A stretch of 64,000 nt of DNA from the NCBI RefSeq assembly GCF_018977255.1, contig NW_024704742.1, forward strand, positions 135,658,001 through 135,722,000, in the 5' to 3' direction. This document shows, piece by piece, positions 27,601 through 41,246 of this stretch. Under the pieces are notes generated by a model. The model saw only the letters and a list, made by a program, of their open reading frames with translations, did no database searches and was not told the DNA's origin. Source of the DNA: Callorhinchus milii. Taxonomy: Eukaryota. The translations under genes were made by a program, and so were the position numbers. Position 1 is the stretch's first letter; each line of letters opens with the position of its first letter.

Positions 27601-28947
27601 TAGGGGGAGCTTTAACATCCACCTGAATGGGCAAACGGGAGCTCGGTTAAGTATCTCATCCGAAGGACGGCACCTCCGACAACGTGACACAACCCCAGCA
27701 TCGGAGTGTCAGCTTAGACTACTTGAACCCACAACCTTCTGACTCACAAGCGAGCGAGCTTCACAAAATGCATCAAAATAACCTCTCTCCCCCCCCTATT
27801 CCGTGCCTCCACAGATCACGAGCTAAGCACGTCAATGAGTGTTCTGTTCACTGATTTTCTTCAGCACATCCCAAGATTGGTGTATGGGGAAGGTGGGGGT
27901 GGGGGTGAAGGCTCTATCATATTTAACTCATTCCCTCCCTCCTTTCCACCACCAAGATCTCACAACACCTAAGAGTAGATTGCTGCAAAACAAGAAGGTG
28001 AAGTGTGGGTGTTTGTGTGTGTGTGTGTGTGTGTGGGGTGGAGGGAGGGTGGAGAGAGGGGAGAGGGGTGTGAATTTACCTCCACTCAGGTGTACATCGT
28101 ATGCGTGTGGGAGAGGGGTTAAGGTGGAATAAAAAACAATAAGAATACAAGTTGCCCCTGCGTTTAAACCATTATATTAATTAATTTTTTAAAATGCGGT
28201 CACTCGATCCACGAGCGTTTGTCGAGCGCAATTGGCTGCTGCATTTCTCCCGCAAAATGCACAGTCAATCCACATTACAGTATATCCCGCGAAGCGCTTT
28301 GAGACGTCTCAACGACATGATAAGACGCCACATCAAATGCAAGGGTTATTATTACTAATAATAAGATTGCAGAACGAAGGCGATGAGAGTCAGAATGGAG
28401 GAAGGGAGGGACCACAGTATTGAATACAGTATTGAAAATACTATTATCTTGCTTCTGACATTAACTACAAAGAATGCACAATTGTGTGTATCTTTGTGGG
28501 GTGGGGGTTGGGGGAAGAGGGTGGTGGGGGGGGGGAGGAAGTGAGAGGGATGATTAGAAAAATATAAGGCTGAGAAAAATAGAAAGAAATTAAAACCATC
28601 ACAACTTGTGGCATTGCCTGGTCGATTTCCATAGAGTGCAGACAGACTGATAACACACATACACTGACCCACAGACTGAGACACAGAGACACACACACAC
28701 ACAGTCCATCCAAAAGACAAGACACCAAATGCTTATGTAAAGCAGAGGAACAAGCAATCCGTTAGAATGAAATAAAGAAACACTTACTTTTTTTCTTGTC
28801 TGTATAATCCTTATATTTACGAATATATATATATATCTATATATAAAACTAGCCCATGCCTTTAGGGTTCCCAGCCTATTTCATTACGTTATATATACTC
28901 AATTCCAACAGCTGTCAATTCCTTTTGTTGTGTATCTTTTCTCTCCC

Positions 28948-29463
28948 CACCACTCACTCACTCACTCACTCACTCACACACTCACTAATAACAATAATAA
29001 TAATAATATAATAATAATAACTCACTCACTCACTCTTGTTGAGAGAGAAATGGGGGTAATAAAAAATAATACAGGGTTGCAAATGAAGAGGGATGCAATA
29101 GATGGATGGAGGGATAGATGGATGGAGGGATGGATGGATGGATGGATGGATGGAGAGAGAGAAAGAAAGAGAGAGAGTGATGCAGAGAGAACCAGCGACT
29201 CCTGTGAAATGAATAAGGAGACAGAATATGTCCAAATCAGCTACAAATGTGGGGCGTTGGGTCCTAGAGTTCCCTTCTCTCTCTCTCTCTCATCCACACA
29301 CCTCACCAGGCATTTGCACACTCAGCAATGTAATAATAATAATGATTATTAGTAATGATAATAATAATAATAATGACAATAATAATGATAATAACAATGA
29401 TAATAATAATGATAATAATATTGATAATAATGAAAATAAGAATAGTAGTAATAATAATAAAAT
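28948..29463. repeat. Microsatellite cluster: (CACT)n, (AAT)n, (GATG)n, (CT)n and a long (AAT/GAT)n array at 29330-29463
   Basis: Directly visible. Confidence 0.95.
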
Positions 29464-29860
29464 GGATTAACAAAATACCCAGTGAACAAAATATCAAACT
29501 GTAAACTGAATTGACCATATTTTGTGGGCGAAACGCAGCAGTCAATTGCGCACAGCGGTGTTCCATAAACAGTCGAGGATTGAGTCACCAAATTTTTTTT
29601 TAAAGGGATTATTACCCCCGGAATAAGAAGGTTAATAATAATAATAATAATAATCCTTGCATTTGATATAGCGTTTTTCACGTCGGATGATGTCCCAAAG
29701 CGCTTCACAGAACACACTGTAAAGTGAATTGACTGTATATTTGTGGGTTAAGAAGACAATTCAAAAATGCCTTGACATAACATCTGCTGAACAAAAGGTC
29801 AGTCGCTATTTTAGGAAGCTCAAATGTAGTAAGAGTCAGGGGGGAGGGAGGATATTTTTT

Positions 29861-30390
29861 GGTCAGCCGGGTGTCTGACACTTGCAGAAACCCATCACCG
29901 TGTTTAAGAATCTCTAAACCAAACTGAGAATTCCATGCATCCCACCTCCACATGGAAATTCCAGAGATAAATTGTTGGAATGGAGGCACGCATCCTGCTT
30001 ATCTAGTTCCGAAGAGTATTGGGCGCAGGTTGGCAAGAGCCAAGCCTTGGGGACCCCAGAGTGTGCTTTGGAGTCTAACCAGCTAGAACCCGCGAGCTTG
30101 CCATTGATATTACTGCCTGGCAAGCTTTTCCTACCCATTAAGCTTTTGGAAAGCAGGGTTAAAAGGAGCTAAGTGGAAGCATTCCCTTGACCCCAGTGAC
30201 TGAGTCTACCCTTCCAAGTCCTGCCGATGAGCCAGGCTGGGCTGTACTGTCATCAGAGGTGCCAAGGAATACTGTGGACCTGCCTGGCTCAGGAACCGGA
30301 CTAGGAAACAGGTCACAGAGCGCTCCCTCGATTCCGACATTCCATTGCCAGGCATTTCACCTTGGAGCCAGTTCAGGTTTACCTACCCCA
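29861..30390 (-). repeat. Unclassified dispersed repeat family, long copy
   Basis: Contains both the gtcagccggg end and the gagccaggctgggctgt...ggctcaggaacc part also seen at 190-330 and 37125-37330. Confidence 0.8.
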
Positions 30391-30974
30391 CAAGAAGGAT
30401 AGTCACTAGTTTTTCATTTGACATGCGACCAGCATGGGTTTGAGCTTCAACAACAACAAGATTCCATTTATTGAGCGCCTTTCACGTCAGGAGGACGTCC
30501 CACTAGGTGGCTGGCGGGTACCAAGAACTTCCTGTGAGCTTCTCGGTGGGCTCAGTGTGAAATGCGTGAGAGCAATGCTAACCCCTTCCTGTCCGCAGCT
30601 CGGGTACACATTTCTTTTCAATGAGCGAGAGAGGAGGTGACCCTAAGCACGGTCAAAGAGGAAATCTTGAATCGTGATAATTTCCTTTAAGGCTTTTTGT
30701 GGGATTCTGTAGCGTGCAAATTTTTTTTTACTGCTGCGAAAATATTCCTTATTGCATTCATTCCTGTCAAGTACTTTGAGGCATGTTGACAACACGATAA
30801 GGTGCGAAATCAAAGGTTATTGATTATCAACAGTGCATTGACTCTGCCTTCAGTTAATATTCTACAATTTCCTTTCTCTTCAGCGATCAGTATGGTCTCT
30901 GCAAAGAGTTTTGAGACATTGTGTGCTGAAAGGCTCTTTGTTACCAACTTGTGATCAGTTGCGGTATGCTGAAC

Positions 30975-32130
30975 GTAACCCCACTGCGCCATCTCCAACC
31001 TCCCTTTCCTTTCCAAAGTCCTTGACAGAGTTGTTGCTTCGCTCCTTCACTGCCACATCCTTTACGAGCCCCTCCAATCAGGTTTCCGTGCTGCCCACCG
31101 CATAGAAACAGCCCTGGTCAAAGTGACAAATTACATTCTGTCCATCTCTGACCAGGGCTCCCTCTTCCTCCTCATCCTCCTTGACCTCTCTTCTGCCTTC
31201 GACACTGTGGACCCCTCTATCCTCTTCCACCGCCTCTCCTATCACCTCAACCTTCAAGGTTCTGTCCCATCTCAGATCCCATCTCTCACACCGGCTCCAA
31301 TTTGTCTCCACAAGTGGATTTTCCTGCAGTCCCTGCACCATCTCATGTGGTGTTCCTAAGGGCTCTGTCCTTGGTCCCCTCCTCTTCAACCTGTAAATGC
31401 TCCCTCTTGATAACATCATCTGCCAACATCATCTGCACGTATGGGGATGACCCCTAACTCTATCTCTCTGCCTCGAACCTCGACTCCAGGACCATTGATG
31501 TCCTGACAGAATGTCTGCCGTACATCAAGTCCTGAATGAGAGCCAACTTGCTACAGTCAAACGTCAGCAAGACCGAGCCTCTCAAGATTGACTCGCACCA
31601 GCACCTCCACACCTCAGGTACTGGCAGCATCAGCATCCACAGATGCACACTCCACCTCACCAAGCCAGTCAGGATCCTAGGCATCTTGTTCGACCCTCAA
31701 CTGTCCTTTCTCCCCCATATCCGTGCCATGACCCACTCTGCCTTCCCCCACCTCCGCAATATTGCTCGCCTCCACCACTGACTCATCTATCAGGTCGCGG
31801 AGACCCTCATACATGCATGCCTTCATTACATCTAGGCTCGACTGTGCTAACTTCCAGCTTGTTGACCTTCCCAACTCTTCTCTCCACAAGCTGCAGATTA
31901 TCCAGAACTCTGCATCTCGTCTTCTCTCCTACATCAGGCTCTGTGACCCCCATCACACCCACTCTCGCCCGCTCCACCGGCTTCCCATTCCTCAGAGGAT
32001 CGAGTTCAAAATCCTCAGTCTGACCTTCAAGGCCCTCCACGGCTTTGCCCCTCCTACCTCTCCGACCTGTTACCGCCTTATTGACTTGTCCCCTCCCTCC
32101 ACTCAGCAAACTTCTGCCCACCATCGGTGA
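30975..32130 (+). mobile_element. L2 LINE RT fragment
   Basis: [33 protein letters not shown] and RIEFKIL, with frameshifts. Confidence 0.9.
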
Positions 32131-32242
32131 TCGGGCTTTCCAGAGTTTTGGGGCGTAGTGGCTGAAGGCACAGGGTAAGCAGGTCATATAGGCAAGAGGT
32201 GTGAGGGTAAGTAAGGTAAGTGTGATGAGGTAGTTGTGTGTC

Positions 32243-32685
32243 AGCCTTTGGTAGGGTGGTAGCGCTCTCGCCTCTGAGTCAATAGGTTGTGGGTTCAAGT
32301 CCTATGTCAGGACTGGGAATCAAGGCTGACACTCCAATGCAGTGCTGGGGGTTGGTGCATTGTGAGAGGTGCCGTCCGTTAAATGAGACATTAAACCAAG
32401 GTCCCATCTGGCTGTTCAGGTGAGCGTTAAAGATCCCATGGCTTTATTCGAAAAGAGAAGGGAGTTTCTCCTGGTGTCCTGACCAATAAATCCCCCAAAT
32501 AAAATTGTTCACTCAGTCCACGACTGTTTGTGGAACACTTCTGTGAGCAATTGGGTGCTGTGTTTCACCCACAAAATCCACATCAACCCACTTTACAGTA
32601 TGTCCTGTGAAGAGTTTGAGACATCTCAATGAGGTAATAAGGCGCTATATCAAATGCAAGGATAATCATTATTAATTATTATTAT
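32243..32685 (+). mobile_element. Full-length DeuSINE copy
   Basis: tRNA-like head, Deu core, shared 3' half and (ATT)n tail. Confidence 0.85.
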
Positions 32686-33396
32686 ATGTTTGGCAAATTG
32701 GATTTAATAATTAATTAGAAGTGCAGCTCCTGTTTATGCTACGCAACTATAGCACCAATTTTTGCACATTTTTTTTCACTTCACATCAACAACGTCAGCC
32801 TGGGCTGTGAAACCCTGCAAACCCAAAGATCCTCTGAGATCTTTATCTTTAATTTAATCAATAATAATCTGTCCAGTGATATATGATACAGTATCATAGC
32901 ATGCACTCTGGAACTCTAGCCAGCAATCCTTCCTCCTCACCCCTTCTCTTGCCTCCTTCAAGTCCCGTCTAAGGACCTTCCTCTTCCACCGTACCTTCGG
33001 CCAAACTGAGAATTACACGTATCCCACCTACACATGGAAATTCCAGAGATAGATTGTTGTCATGGAATGGAAATGCGCACTCTCTCCCTGGAGAGACGCA
33101 TCCTGTTTACTTCCAGAAAGTATTAGGCATAGGTTGGCAAGAGTCAAGGCTTGGGGGGATCCCAGAGTGTGTGTTGGGGCGCCCGCTGGAATCTAAATCA
33201 GCTAAAACCGCAAAGCTTGCCATTGATATCATCGTCTGGCAATCTTTCCAGAGTCCTGCAGACCCAAGCACTTCTTAAGGATTTTACTGTCGAGCAGTGG
33301 TCATCGACTGGTCGACCACCACCAGGTGGCACTCTCACACACGATCAATAAAGATAAGAGGAAAGAGCCATTTTTACCGCAGTAAAATTTATATTT

Positions 33397-33790
33397 TTAT
33401 TTTGAGATGAAGTTCATCGATGACCGAGTAATGGTTAAGCAGTTAGTGCTGAGTAAGACTGGCAGTAAACTTTGGACTCGGACCTCGTCAACATCAAGAT
33501 GGCTGGCATGCCACAAGTGCCGTGTAAATGTCCTCCTCCCACCACACTGAAGGCAGATGCCCTCCAGAGAGCTGATGAGGAAACTCTGAGGCTTGAGGCG
33601 ACAGCTGCTGGAAAACATTACCTGGAGTCCGAGTTCGTGAAAGTTTTCATATGTCCAACTAGAATCAACTTCAAGTGTCCTGCAGATGGTCCAGCGGTTG
33701 CTTCGTAAACTCCGCACATCCAACTGGCAGAACCATCGCCAGAAGGGAAGGGACATGTGCCCGAGCTACAGACAGTAAGATGGTGGCAAT
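33397..33790 (-). mobile_element. Possible ancient L1/Tx1-like ORF2 C-terminal relic
   Basis: Peptide ICLQCGGRRTFTRHLWH resembles a degenerate CCHC knuckle; weak support only. Confidence 0.25.
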
Positions 33791-35219
33791 GCTGTCACGC
33801 ATTTCATATTTAGGAGTGTTGCTCACCGGGAAGCTCGTGGGGAGTTCTGATGTTCCTCACTATCTACTATTGAGGGCTCAAATACAAGCATTCCAACAAA
33901 TATCTCGAATTTCCACGTGTAGGTGGGATGCATGGAATTCTCAGCTTGGTTTGGATACTCTTAAGCACCGGTGGTGGGTTTCCGCGTGTGTCAGACACCC
34001 GGCTGACCAAAACACAATTCAGAGATCCAATTCTCAAAGTGCTTCACGGTGTTTATATTATTCCTGGTGACTTTCGTTGACGGTGACTGGAAAGCGGGTT
34101 TGTCAGGAAGGGTGTGTAAGACCTAGACACTGGACAAAAAGCAGCTGGATGCTGTGATGGGAGGACGGTATTGTGGGTGCCCTGAAACGATGAGATCAGG
34201 CGAGCTGAAGGGCTTTCTTCATCCAAACCGATCTTATGCTCTTGGCCTGTCAATATCAGCCTGGCTCAGCTAGTAGCACTCTCACTTCTGAATCAGAAGC
34301 TGGTGAGTTCAAGCCCCACATCAGGAAAGGCTAGGCTGACACTGTAGTGCTGGAGGGACTGAACTCCAGTGTTGCTGATGGAATCCTGCAGCCTAGTGGT
34401 TAGCGCACTCGTTCTCGCAAGCCAGAGGACCTGGGTTCGATTCCCAAGTGGAGTGAAACCTTAGGCAAGCTTCCTTACTCCACACGCCTCTGTTTACCTA
34501 CCATTAAGTAGGAACTCACTTGTTAGTTGGTGGATCGTTTTCAAATGCAAGGATCATTACTACTGTTGGAGGTGCTATCCCAATTGTGCCTAATCAAATA
34601 GATGTTAAAGATCCTATGGCACGATTTGAAAAGAAAAGAGAGATTCTCCTGGTATCCTGGCCAACAATCCCCCAGATAAAATTGGTCGCTCATTTCATGG
34701 CTGTTAGTGGGGCATTGCTGTATGCAAATTGGCTGTTGTGTTCGTCTACTAAACACAGTCACTTTACAGTGAAACAGCTTGAAGTGTCTCAATGATGTGA
34801 AATGGCACTATATCAAATGCAACGAATAGGATTTATTCTATCGTGTGAACTTTGTGTTTTATTGCCTTTACCAGCTGTAGGTGTCATTCCCATGGACACT
34901 AGGTGGCACCAACAGCTTGAAGTTTGAGACATGCAAAAACAAAACGTGAGCTGGATAAAACTAAATGAAAACCAAAAATAATGAGGAGATCTTCAGTGTG
35001 ATGTCAGATATTACATTTGCAGCCACATCTTCCAATCAGAGCAATCACTGAGCTCTTCATAAATAGTTTTTTGGGGTCAGCCAGGCATCTGACACATGCG
35101 GAAACCCATCACCCTGCTTAAGAGTATCCCAACCAAACAGATGGAAATCTCTATTGTTTTGGAATGAGCACTGCATTGTCAGATGTACTCTCTTTTGGGT
35201 GAGTTCTTAATCCTAGGTC

Positions 35220-36390
35220 CCATCTATTTTTGCAAAGGACCTTCCACATCAGGAGGATGTCCCAAGGTGCTGAACAGTCAGGGATCAGGACTCAAGCATG
35301 GGGTTGGGTGGGGGGGGTGGCGCAGGGTTGAGATGAGGGAGGACAGAGGGGATAGGAAGGTGGCTGAAGGCACCATCAAAAAAGAGGGTCTTGAATCATG
35401 CGAAGGGATTGGGGGATGGCGTACCAAAGGGTGGGGACAGAGCGGCTGAAAGCACGGCCGTCGATGCTAGGGTGGATTGGGTGGGAGAAATGGAGCAGGC
35501 CGGAGCCTGCTGAATAGACGGAGCAGACAGGTTGTTAGGAGGTTAGCAGGCCAGAGATGTAGGAGGGGGCAAGACCTTGGAGGGCTTTGAAAGTGGGACG
35601 AGGATTTTGAATTCTATCCTCTGAGGGATACGGAGGCAGTGGAGCCGGGCGAGGGTGGGGGTGATGGGGTCACAGAGCTGGTGCAGGAGAGGACACGAGC
35701 TGCAGAGTTCTGGATGATCTGCAGCTTGTGGAAGGAAGAGTTGGGGAGACTGACAAGGAGGGAGTTTCCGTAGTCGAGATTTGAGGTAACAAATGCGTGT
35801 ATGAGGGTTTCGGAGACCTGAGGAGTGAGGCAGTGGTGGAGTCGGGCAATGTTGCGGAGTTGGGGAAGGCAGAGGGGTCATAGCACGCTATGGGGGAGAA
35901 AGGACAGTCGAGGGTCAAATAAGCCACCCAGATTCCAAACTGGCTTGGTAAGGTGGAGTGTGCAACCTTGGACGCTGATGCTGCCAGTGCCTGAGGTGCT
36001 GAGGCGCCGACGCAAGCCAATCTGGTGGGCCTCAGTCTTGCTGACATTCAGCTGTAGAAAGTTGGCTCTTATCCAGGACTTGATGTCAGACATCAGTTGT
36101 TCTAGAATCGATGGTGGAGGCAGAGATAGAGTTGGGTGTCATCCGCGTACATGTGGAAATTAAACCCCATGTCTGTGGATGATGTCTCCAAGGAGGCACA
36201 TGTAGAGGAGGGGACTGAGGATAGAGCCCTGAGGAACACCACCTGAGACTGCGGGGGCTGGAAGAGAAACCGTTGGTGGAGACAAATTGGAGACGGTGTG
36301 AGAGATAAGGCCTGAAGCATTCAAGGCAGAACCTTGAACGTTGAATTGAAAGGAGAGGCGGTGGAGGAGGATGGCATGGTCCACGGTATT
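35220..36390 (-). mobile_element. L2 LINE 3' part
   Basis: GVPQGSILSPLL, HMYADDTQLY, NFLQLNVSKTE, RIPQRIEFKIL. Confidence 0.9.
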
Positions 36391-37497
36391 ACATTGAGAT
36401 GTTTGACGTCATTGGTACTGTGTCAACGTCGAGGATTAATTTATTCATCCCTGAGGGTAATTCACATCTGGCGTTTAATCTGCGCATTTGCTGGTAAATT
36501 TGTCAAATAAAAACAAAGAGCAACACATCTAGTATTTTAATGGTAGTATTATTGGTAACTATAGCGACAGAGAGAAGCAGAGTGTTGGTTCATTTCATTT
36601 GTGTGAGAATGTACCCTGGCCAGTGAAGGGTGTAGGGAGATCCAATCAGTTGGCTTGGGTTCAGTGAATACAAGGAGGTCTATTCTTGCGGTATTTCGTA
36701 ACAGCATTCCTTGATAAACTCAGGATTGGAAGTTCAAGCCTCACATGAGAGACTTTGATCTCACAGTCTAGGCTGATGCTCCAGTGTAGTGCTGGGGGTA
36801 GTGCCACATTGTCAGAGGCGTAGACAATATGACACTACCCCCAGCATGACTTTGAATGAGTCCAAAGTCCCGTCTGTGCCCTGTTTAGATGGATCTTAAA
36901 GATCCCGCGGCATTATTGGAAAAGAGAAGGGAGTTTCTCCCCAAGTCCTGGCTGGCTAAAGATATCCCCAGCTGAACATAAAACTGGTTGTTTATCTCAT
37001 GGCTGTTTGTGGGACATTGCTGTGCGAAAATTAGCTGCTGTGTTCCTCCACAAAATATAGTCACGACACTTCATAGAAAACTCCATGCAGTGTTGTGATG
37101 TATTTTGATGTCCAGATAGGACCACCCTACTTTGGTTTGCAGGGTTAACAGGAGCTGAGTGGGATGATTCCCTACCCCCAGTGACTGGTCTGTCCTTTTA
37201 AGTCCTGTTGATTAGCCAGGCTGGGCTGTGCTGTCCTCAGCAATGGCCTGGAATACTGCAGACCCACCAGCCTCAGGAACCAGACTAGAGAACGTCACAG
37301 AGGGTTCGCTCGATTGCGATATTCAATTGCTCCAATGAGACCCTACTTTATAGGTGCTGTATCTAATGATAAGGAAGTGAGTGTGTGTGGGTGGGGGGCT
37401 TCTTGCAGTAACCAGTATTACATCTCGCTGGAGGAAACCCACTATTACATCCAGATCGGAGTTCTGGCGGGTCGACAGGAGATTGTGACGGGATTCC

Positions 37498-37503
37498 TTT
37501 ATT
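37498..37503 (-). terminator. Candidate polyadenylation signal (AATAAA) of the bicupin gene
   Basis: tttatt on the + strand about 430 nt downstream of the stop codon, in non-repetitive sequence. Confidence 0.45.
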
Positions 37504-37928
37504 AAGGAATAATATTCCTGTTCCGAAACACCACAAACATTAGCTAGACCAGGTCACAGAACCCAGTGACAACCGGAGCTGGGTCCCTTTTCATCCCAAC
37601 TCCCAGGCGAAAATTCCGTCTGGCGTTGAAGTGCATCGAGCGGCGTCACCACCTTAACACCGAATGCCATTCATTCCCCCATTAACACCCAGAGCAAGCG
37701 TAATAGTAATAATCCCTTCAAAAATAATAAGAATAATTTGGTCACTCAATCCATATTTGTGAGCAATTGGCTGCCACATTTTGCCCACAAAAAAACTGGT
37801 TAATTTACTTCATAATATATTCTGTGAAGTACTTTGGGACGTCTCAATTACATGATAAGGCATTGTATGAAATGCAAGGATGATTATTATTGAGGCATGG
37901 TGAGCATTTAGCTAACGGCAGGTTAAAC

Positions 37929-38063
37929 CTATGGCATATTGAGTGCTTGATTCCCCTCTAGAACCTTCAGTCTCTTGACCTGGTCCTGGGGTTTCATGAA
38001 TAGTTGAGCCAGGATGTGGTCAGCCGTTGCATTGTAATATTTGTGTATGTCCAGAGTCTCCAG
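37929..38063 (-). CDS. Bicupin gene terminal exon 9: LETLDIHKYYNATADHILAQLFMKPQDQVKRLKVLEGNQALNMP*
   Basis: ctttctctgttcctcag|CTG acceptor, 45 codons to TAG; C-terminal helices resemble OxdC/germin tails, and NQALNMP mirrors NQAVNLP of exon 5. Confidence 0.9.
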   Translation of the reverse strand: METLDIHKYYNATADHILAQLFMKPQDQVKRLKVLEGNQALNMP

Positions 38064-38746
38064 CTGAGGAACAGAGAAAGAATCACACGTCATTCTCCCG
38101 AGCAAACACACAAACATACCCCATTGAGCATTCAAAATGAGAAAGAGTTTCTCCAGCTATTCTAGGAATTTAGGAACAGGAGTAGGCCATTCAGCCCTCG
38201 CGCCTGTTCCACTATTCTATCAGATTATGACTGATCTGTACCTCAACTCCAATACCTGCTTTTTCCCATATCCCTTGATATTCTGACCTCACAAAAATCT
38301 ATCCACCTTAGTCTTCAAAAAGTGAATGGATCCAGCATTCACAGCCTTTTGGAGGAGAGAGTTCCATAGTTCCCTTACCCTTTGTCTGAAAACAATTCCA
38401 TTTTCACAATGTCCTGGCCAACAATCCCACCGGATCATAATAATAATAATAATTATTGTCCCACAAAATCATGAATTGAGTCAATTTTTTTTTGAGGGAT
38501 TATTACTTCTGGAAAGTGATCGACAATCGAATAACAACCGGGTTCCTACTTACTGCTAGGTAAAAACAACAATAAATTACACTTGTGTAGTATCTTTCAC
38601 ATCAGGAGGACGTCCCAATGCATATGGAGTAAGGAAACTTGCCTAACTTTTCATCCTGCCCAGAAATCGAACCCGGATCCTTTTGTTTGCAAGGCAAGTG
38701 CTCTAACCACTACACTACAGGACTTGATTAAGGAAGGATGTCTTAC

Positions 38747-38896
38747 CTGGTTGCCAGTGCTGAAAGCACTGATTGCCAACATTGGCTCGTCACAGATACT
38801 TTTGACGAAATGTTGAGTCCCAATGGGGAAGAATGCCAAGTCTCCTGTGTTTATGTAGAAGTTTGAGACTGAGTTTCCGGGACTAAAGACCCCAAC
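38747..38896 (-). CDS. Bicupin gene exon 8: VGVFSPGNSVSNFYINTGDLAFFPIGTQHFVKSICDEPMLAISAFSTGNQ (cupin 2, motif 2)
   Basis: ccattcag|GTT acceptor, CAG|GTAAGA donor, 150 nt, phase 0/0; GD-x4-P-x-G-x2-H motif. Confidence 0.93.
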
Positions 38897-39578
38897 CTGA
38901 ATGGAGCACAGAATAAAACAACATGGAGCATTAATATTACTACTAATAATAATCCTTGTAGTTAATACAATACTGTGATGCTGAGTGTCTCAATCGCTTC
39001 CCAAACATTTACTGACAAATAGTTGCAGGCAAGTGCATAGACCCACAAACTGTTGCTGTGTCAGATGAGCCTGGCTCAACAGCAGTACTTGGATGGGCCG
39101 GGCAGTCACTGGGAGCTGGGATTCTTCCCACTCGGCTCCTACTAACCCTACAATCCACATAGGACCTTATCTGGTCAAGCAGTGGGAAGCTTGCCAGACA
39201 GTGCTTTTAATGGCAAGCTATGCAGTTTTAGCTGGTTACAATCTAGCAGTTACCCCAACGCACACTCGGGGCTCCTCCAAGCCTTGGCTTTTGCCAACCT
39301 ACGTCTAATATTTTCCAGAATTAGGTAAGCATGACATTACAGGACTCCACTCCATTTTGGCTAAACAGAATAAGATGGTCTTTTCAAGTGGCACCTTTTG
39401 CCGCAGGCTTCAACAGAGCAGTTAGTTCCATTGCTGGCGATAGCTTCGCTCCCAATACTTCTGAGCTAGAAACAAAGCTGCTACCAACTGAGCCACAGCT
39501 GACATGTCTCCTTATGCCGTATTTTTACCGGCCCCAAAGTTAGCAGCTGTTAATGTTAACAATGAAAGGCAAGGTTAC

Positions 39579-39692
39579 CGATCCACAGCCTCTCGCGATG
39601 TACACCATCTCATTGGCGTTGGTGTGGAAATGGGGCACACGGAGCCCGTTATTCGGGATGTCCATTGTTGATATAGTGAGGCTGTCTTCATT
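39579..39692 (-). CDS. Bicupin gene exon 7: NEDSLTISTMDIPNNGLRVPHFHTNANEMVYIARGCGS (cupin 2, motif 1)
   Basis: ttttgttccag|AAT acceptor, TCG|GTAACC donor, 114 nt, phase 0/0; RVPHFHTNANE metal motif. Confidence 0.93.
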
Positions 39693-40706
39693 CTGGAACA
39701 AAACATTACGTTGAACCAAAGATAAAACAAAGAGAAAATGCAGCCAGCCTTTACATTGGATTCAAGCCAAGTCTTCTCTGCCTGAACTCAATCCCTCCGC
39801 CTCGTTGCCTCTTTGCCCGTCTTCAGATCACACCTGAACATCTTCCTCTTTGACCATACCTACAGCCACCTCCCCTCTCTTCCAGGCTCAGCATCAAGCT
39901 TCGCCACTGTTAAGCGCTCTGAGACTTTGGCCCGTGTAAAGGGTGCTGTACAAATTTAAGTTGTTGTTGTTCATTTGTGAACCCAAGATCACAAGAAGTT
40001 TGGATAAACACTCTTTGGTGATTTCATCCTTCCAGATTACCCACACTACTGTCCTCCCATCACAGCATTGAGCTGTTTGTCAAATGATAATGTCCCAACG
40101 CCTGCCCTCAACCGCACTTCCTTGTACCATAAGCTCTCCAAGATGTCGTCCAGTGTGAAGAGAGCTAGATAAATGTAATTTGTTGTTGTTGTTATTGTTT
40201 CCTTTCCTCTGCACTGCCTCTCTGGCCTGGGCCTTAAAGAACATGTTAAGAGAGTGAGGAATCCAGAAAAATGCTCTGGAATTCAATCTTAATTTGGAAG
40301 CCGTTTCCCATAGGATTATCTTGGGAGGTGGTCGAGGAAGGCTGGGGTGGGGGAACGAGCCTCCAAAATCAGACTGAATTGAGTGAAAAGCATTTTGTAA
40401 AATTCTTCACCATCTCATGATTCTTAATGAAATGGTATTAAATCTAAGGACATGAGGCCATTTAGGCTCAATGGGTTATTGGTCTCCCAATGGCCTCCGG
40501 TGGGTATAATAATAACAATAATACTTGCATTTAATATAACACCTTATCAGGTCATTGAGATGTTTCAAAGCGCTTCACAGGATATACTGTAAAATGGATT
40601 TGCTGTATAGTTTGTGGACGAAACACGACAGCCAGTTGCGCATATTAGTGTCCCACTTTAGAGTCACATCTGTAGGACAGTCACTGGAGATGTAAATGGC
40701 AAGTAC

Positions 40707-40816
40707 CTCATTGAGGAATTCACTGTATATCTTCTCATTTTTATTCAGTGATGATGTATCTTTACGGTATCGGGCCCATTGAATCGTGCCACCAGGATAG
40801 ATGTAGGTTATGGAGC
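40707..40816 (-). CDS. Bicupin gene exon 6: (G)SITYIYPGGTIQWARYRKDTSSLNKNEKIYSEFLNE
   Basis: gtcctag|GC acceptor, GAG|GTACTT donor, 110 nt, phase 1/0; PGGTIQWARYR repeats PGGTVQWSRYR of exon 3. Confidence 0.92.
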
Positions 40817-41246
40817 CTAGGACCAGAAATAAAGACACCATAATGTGTTTTAATAATAATAAAATAATAATCCTCGTTGTAGCATCTTATCATGGTTTCA
40901 AGACGTCTCAAAGCACTTCATCGAATATACTGTAAAGTGAATTGACTGTATACTTTGTGGGAAAAACGCAACAGCCAATTGCACATAGCAGTGTCCCACA
41001 AACAGTGACCAAATTATTTTTATTTATTTTGAAGGAATTGTTACTCCCGTGAAAGTGATCCGCCAATTGACTAACAACTGAGTTCCTACTTACTGCTAGA
41101 TAAACAGAGGCGTGTGGAGTAAGGAAACTTGCCTAAGGTTTCACCCTGCCTGAGAATTGAACCCGGGTCCTCTAGTTTGTGAGGCGAGTGCTCCAACCAA
41201 TCAACACAATCATCCCCTCTAACACTGCATCGCTGTTTGTGGTTAC

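Noticed and set aside
29228..29717. Poly-Asn, poly-Ile and poly-Tyr ORFs
   Set aside because: Translations of an (AAT)n microsatellite.
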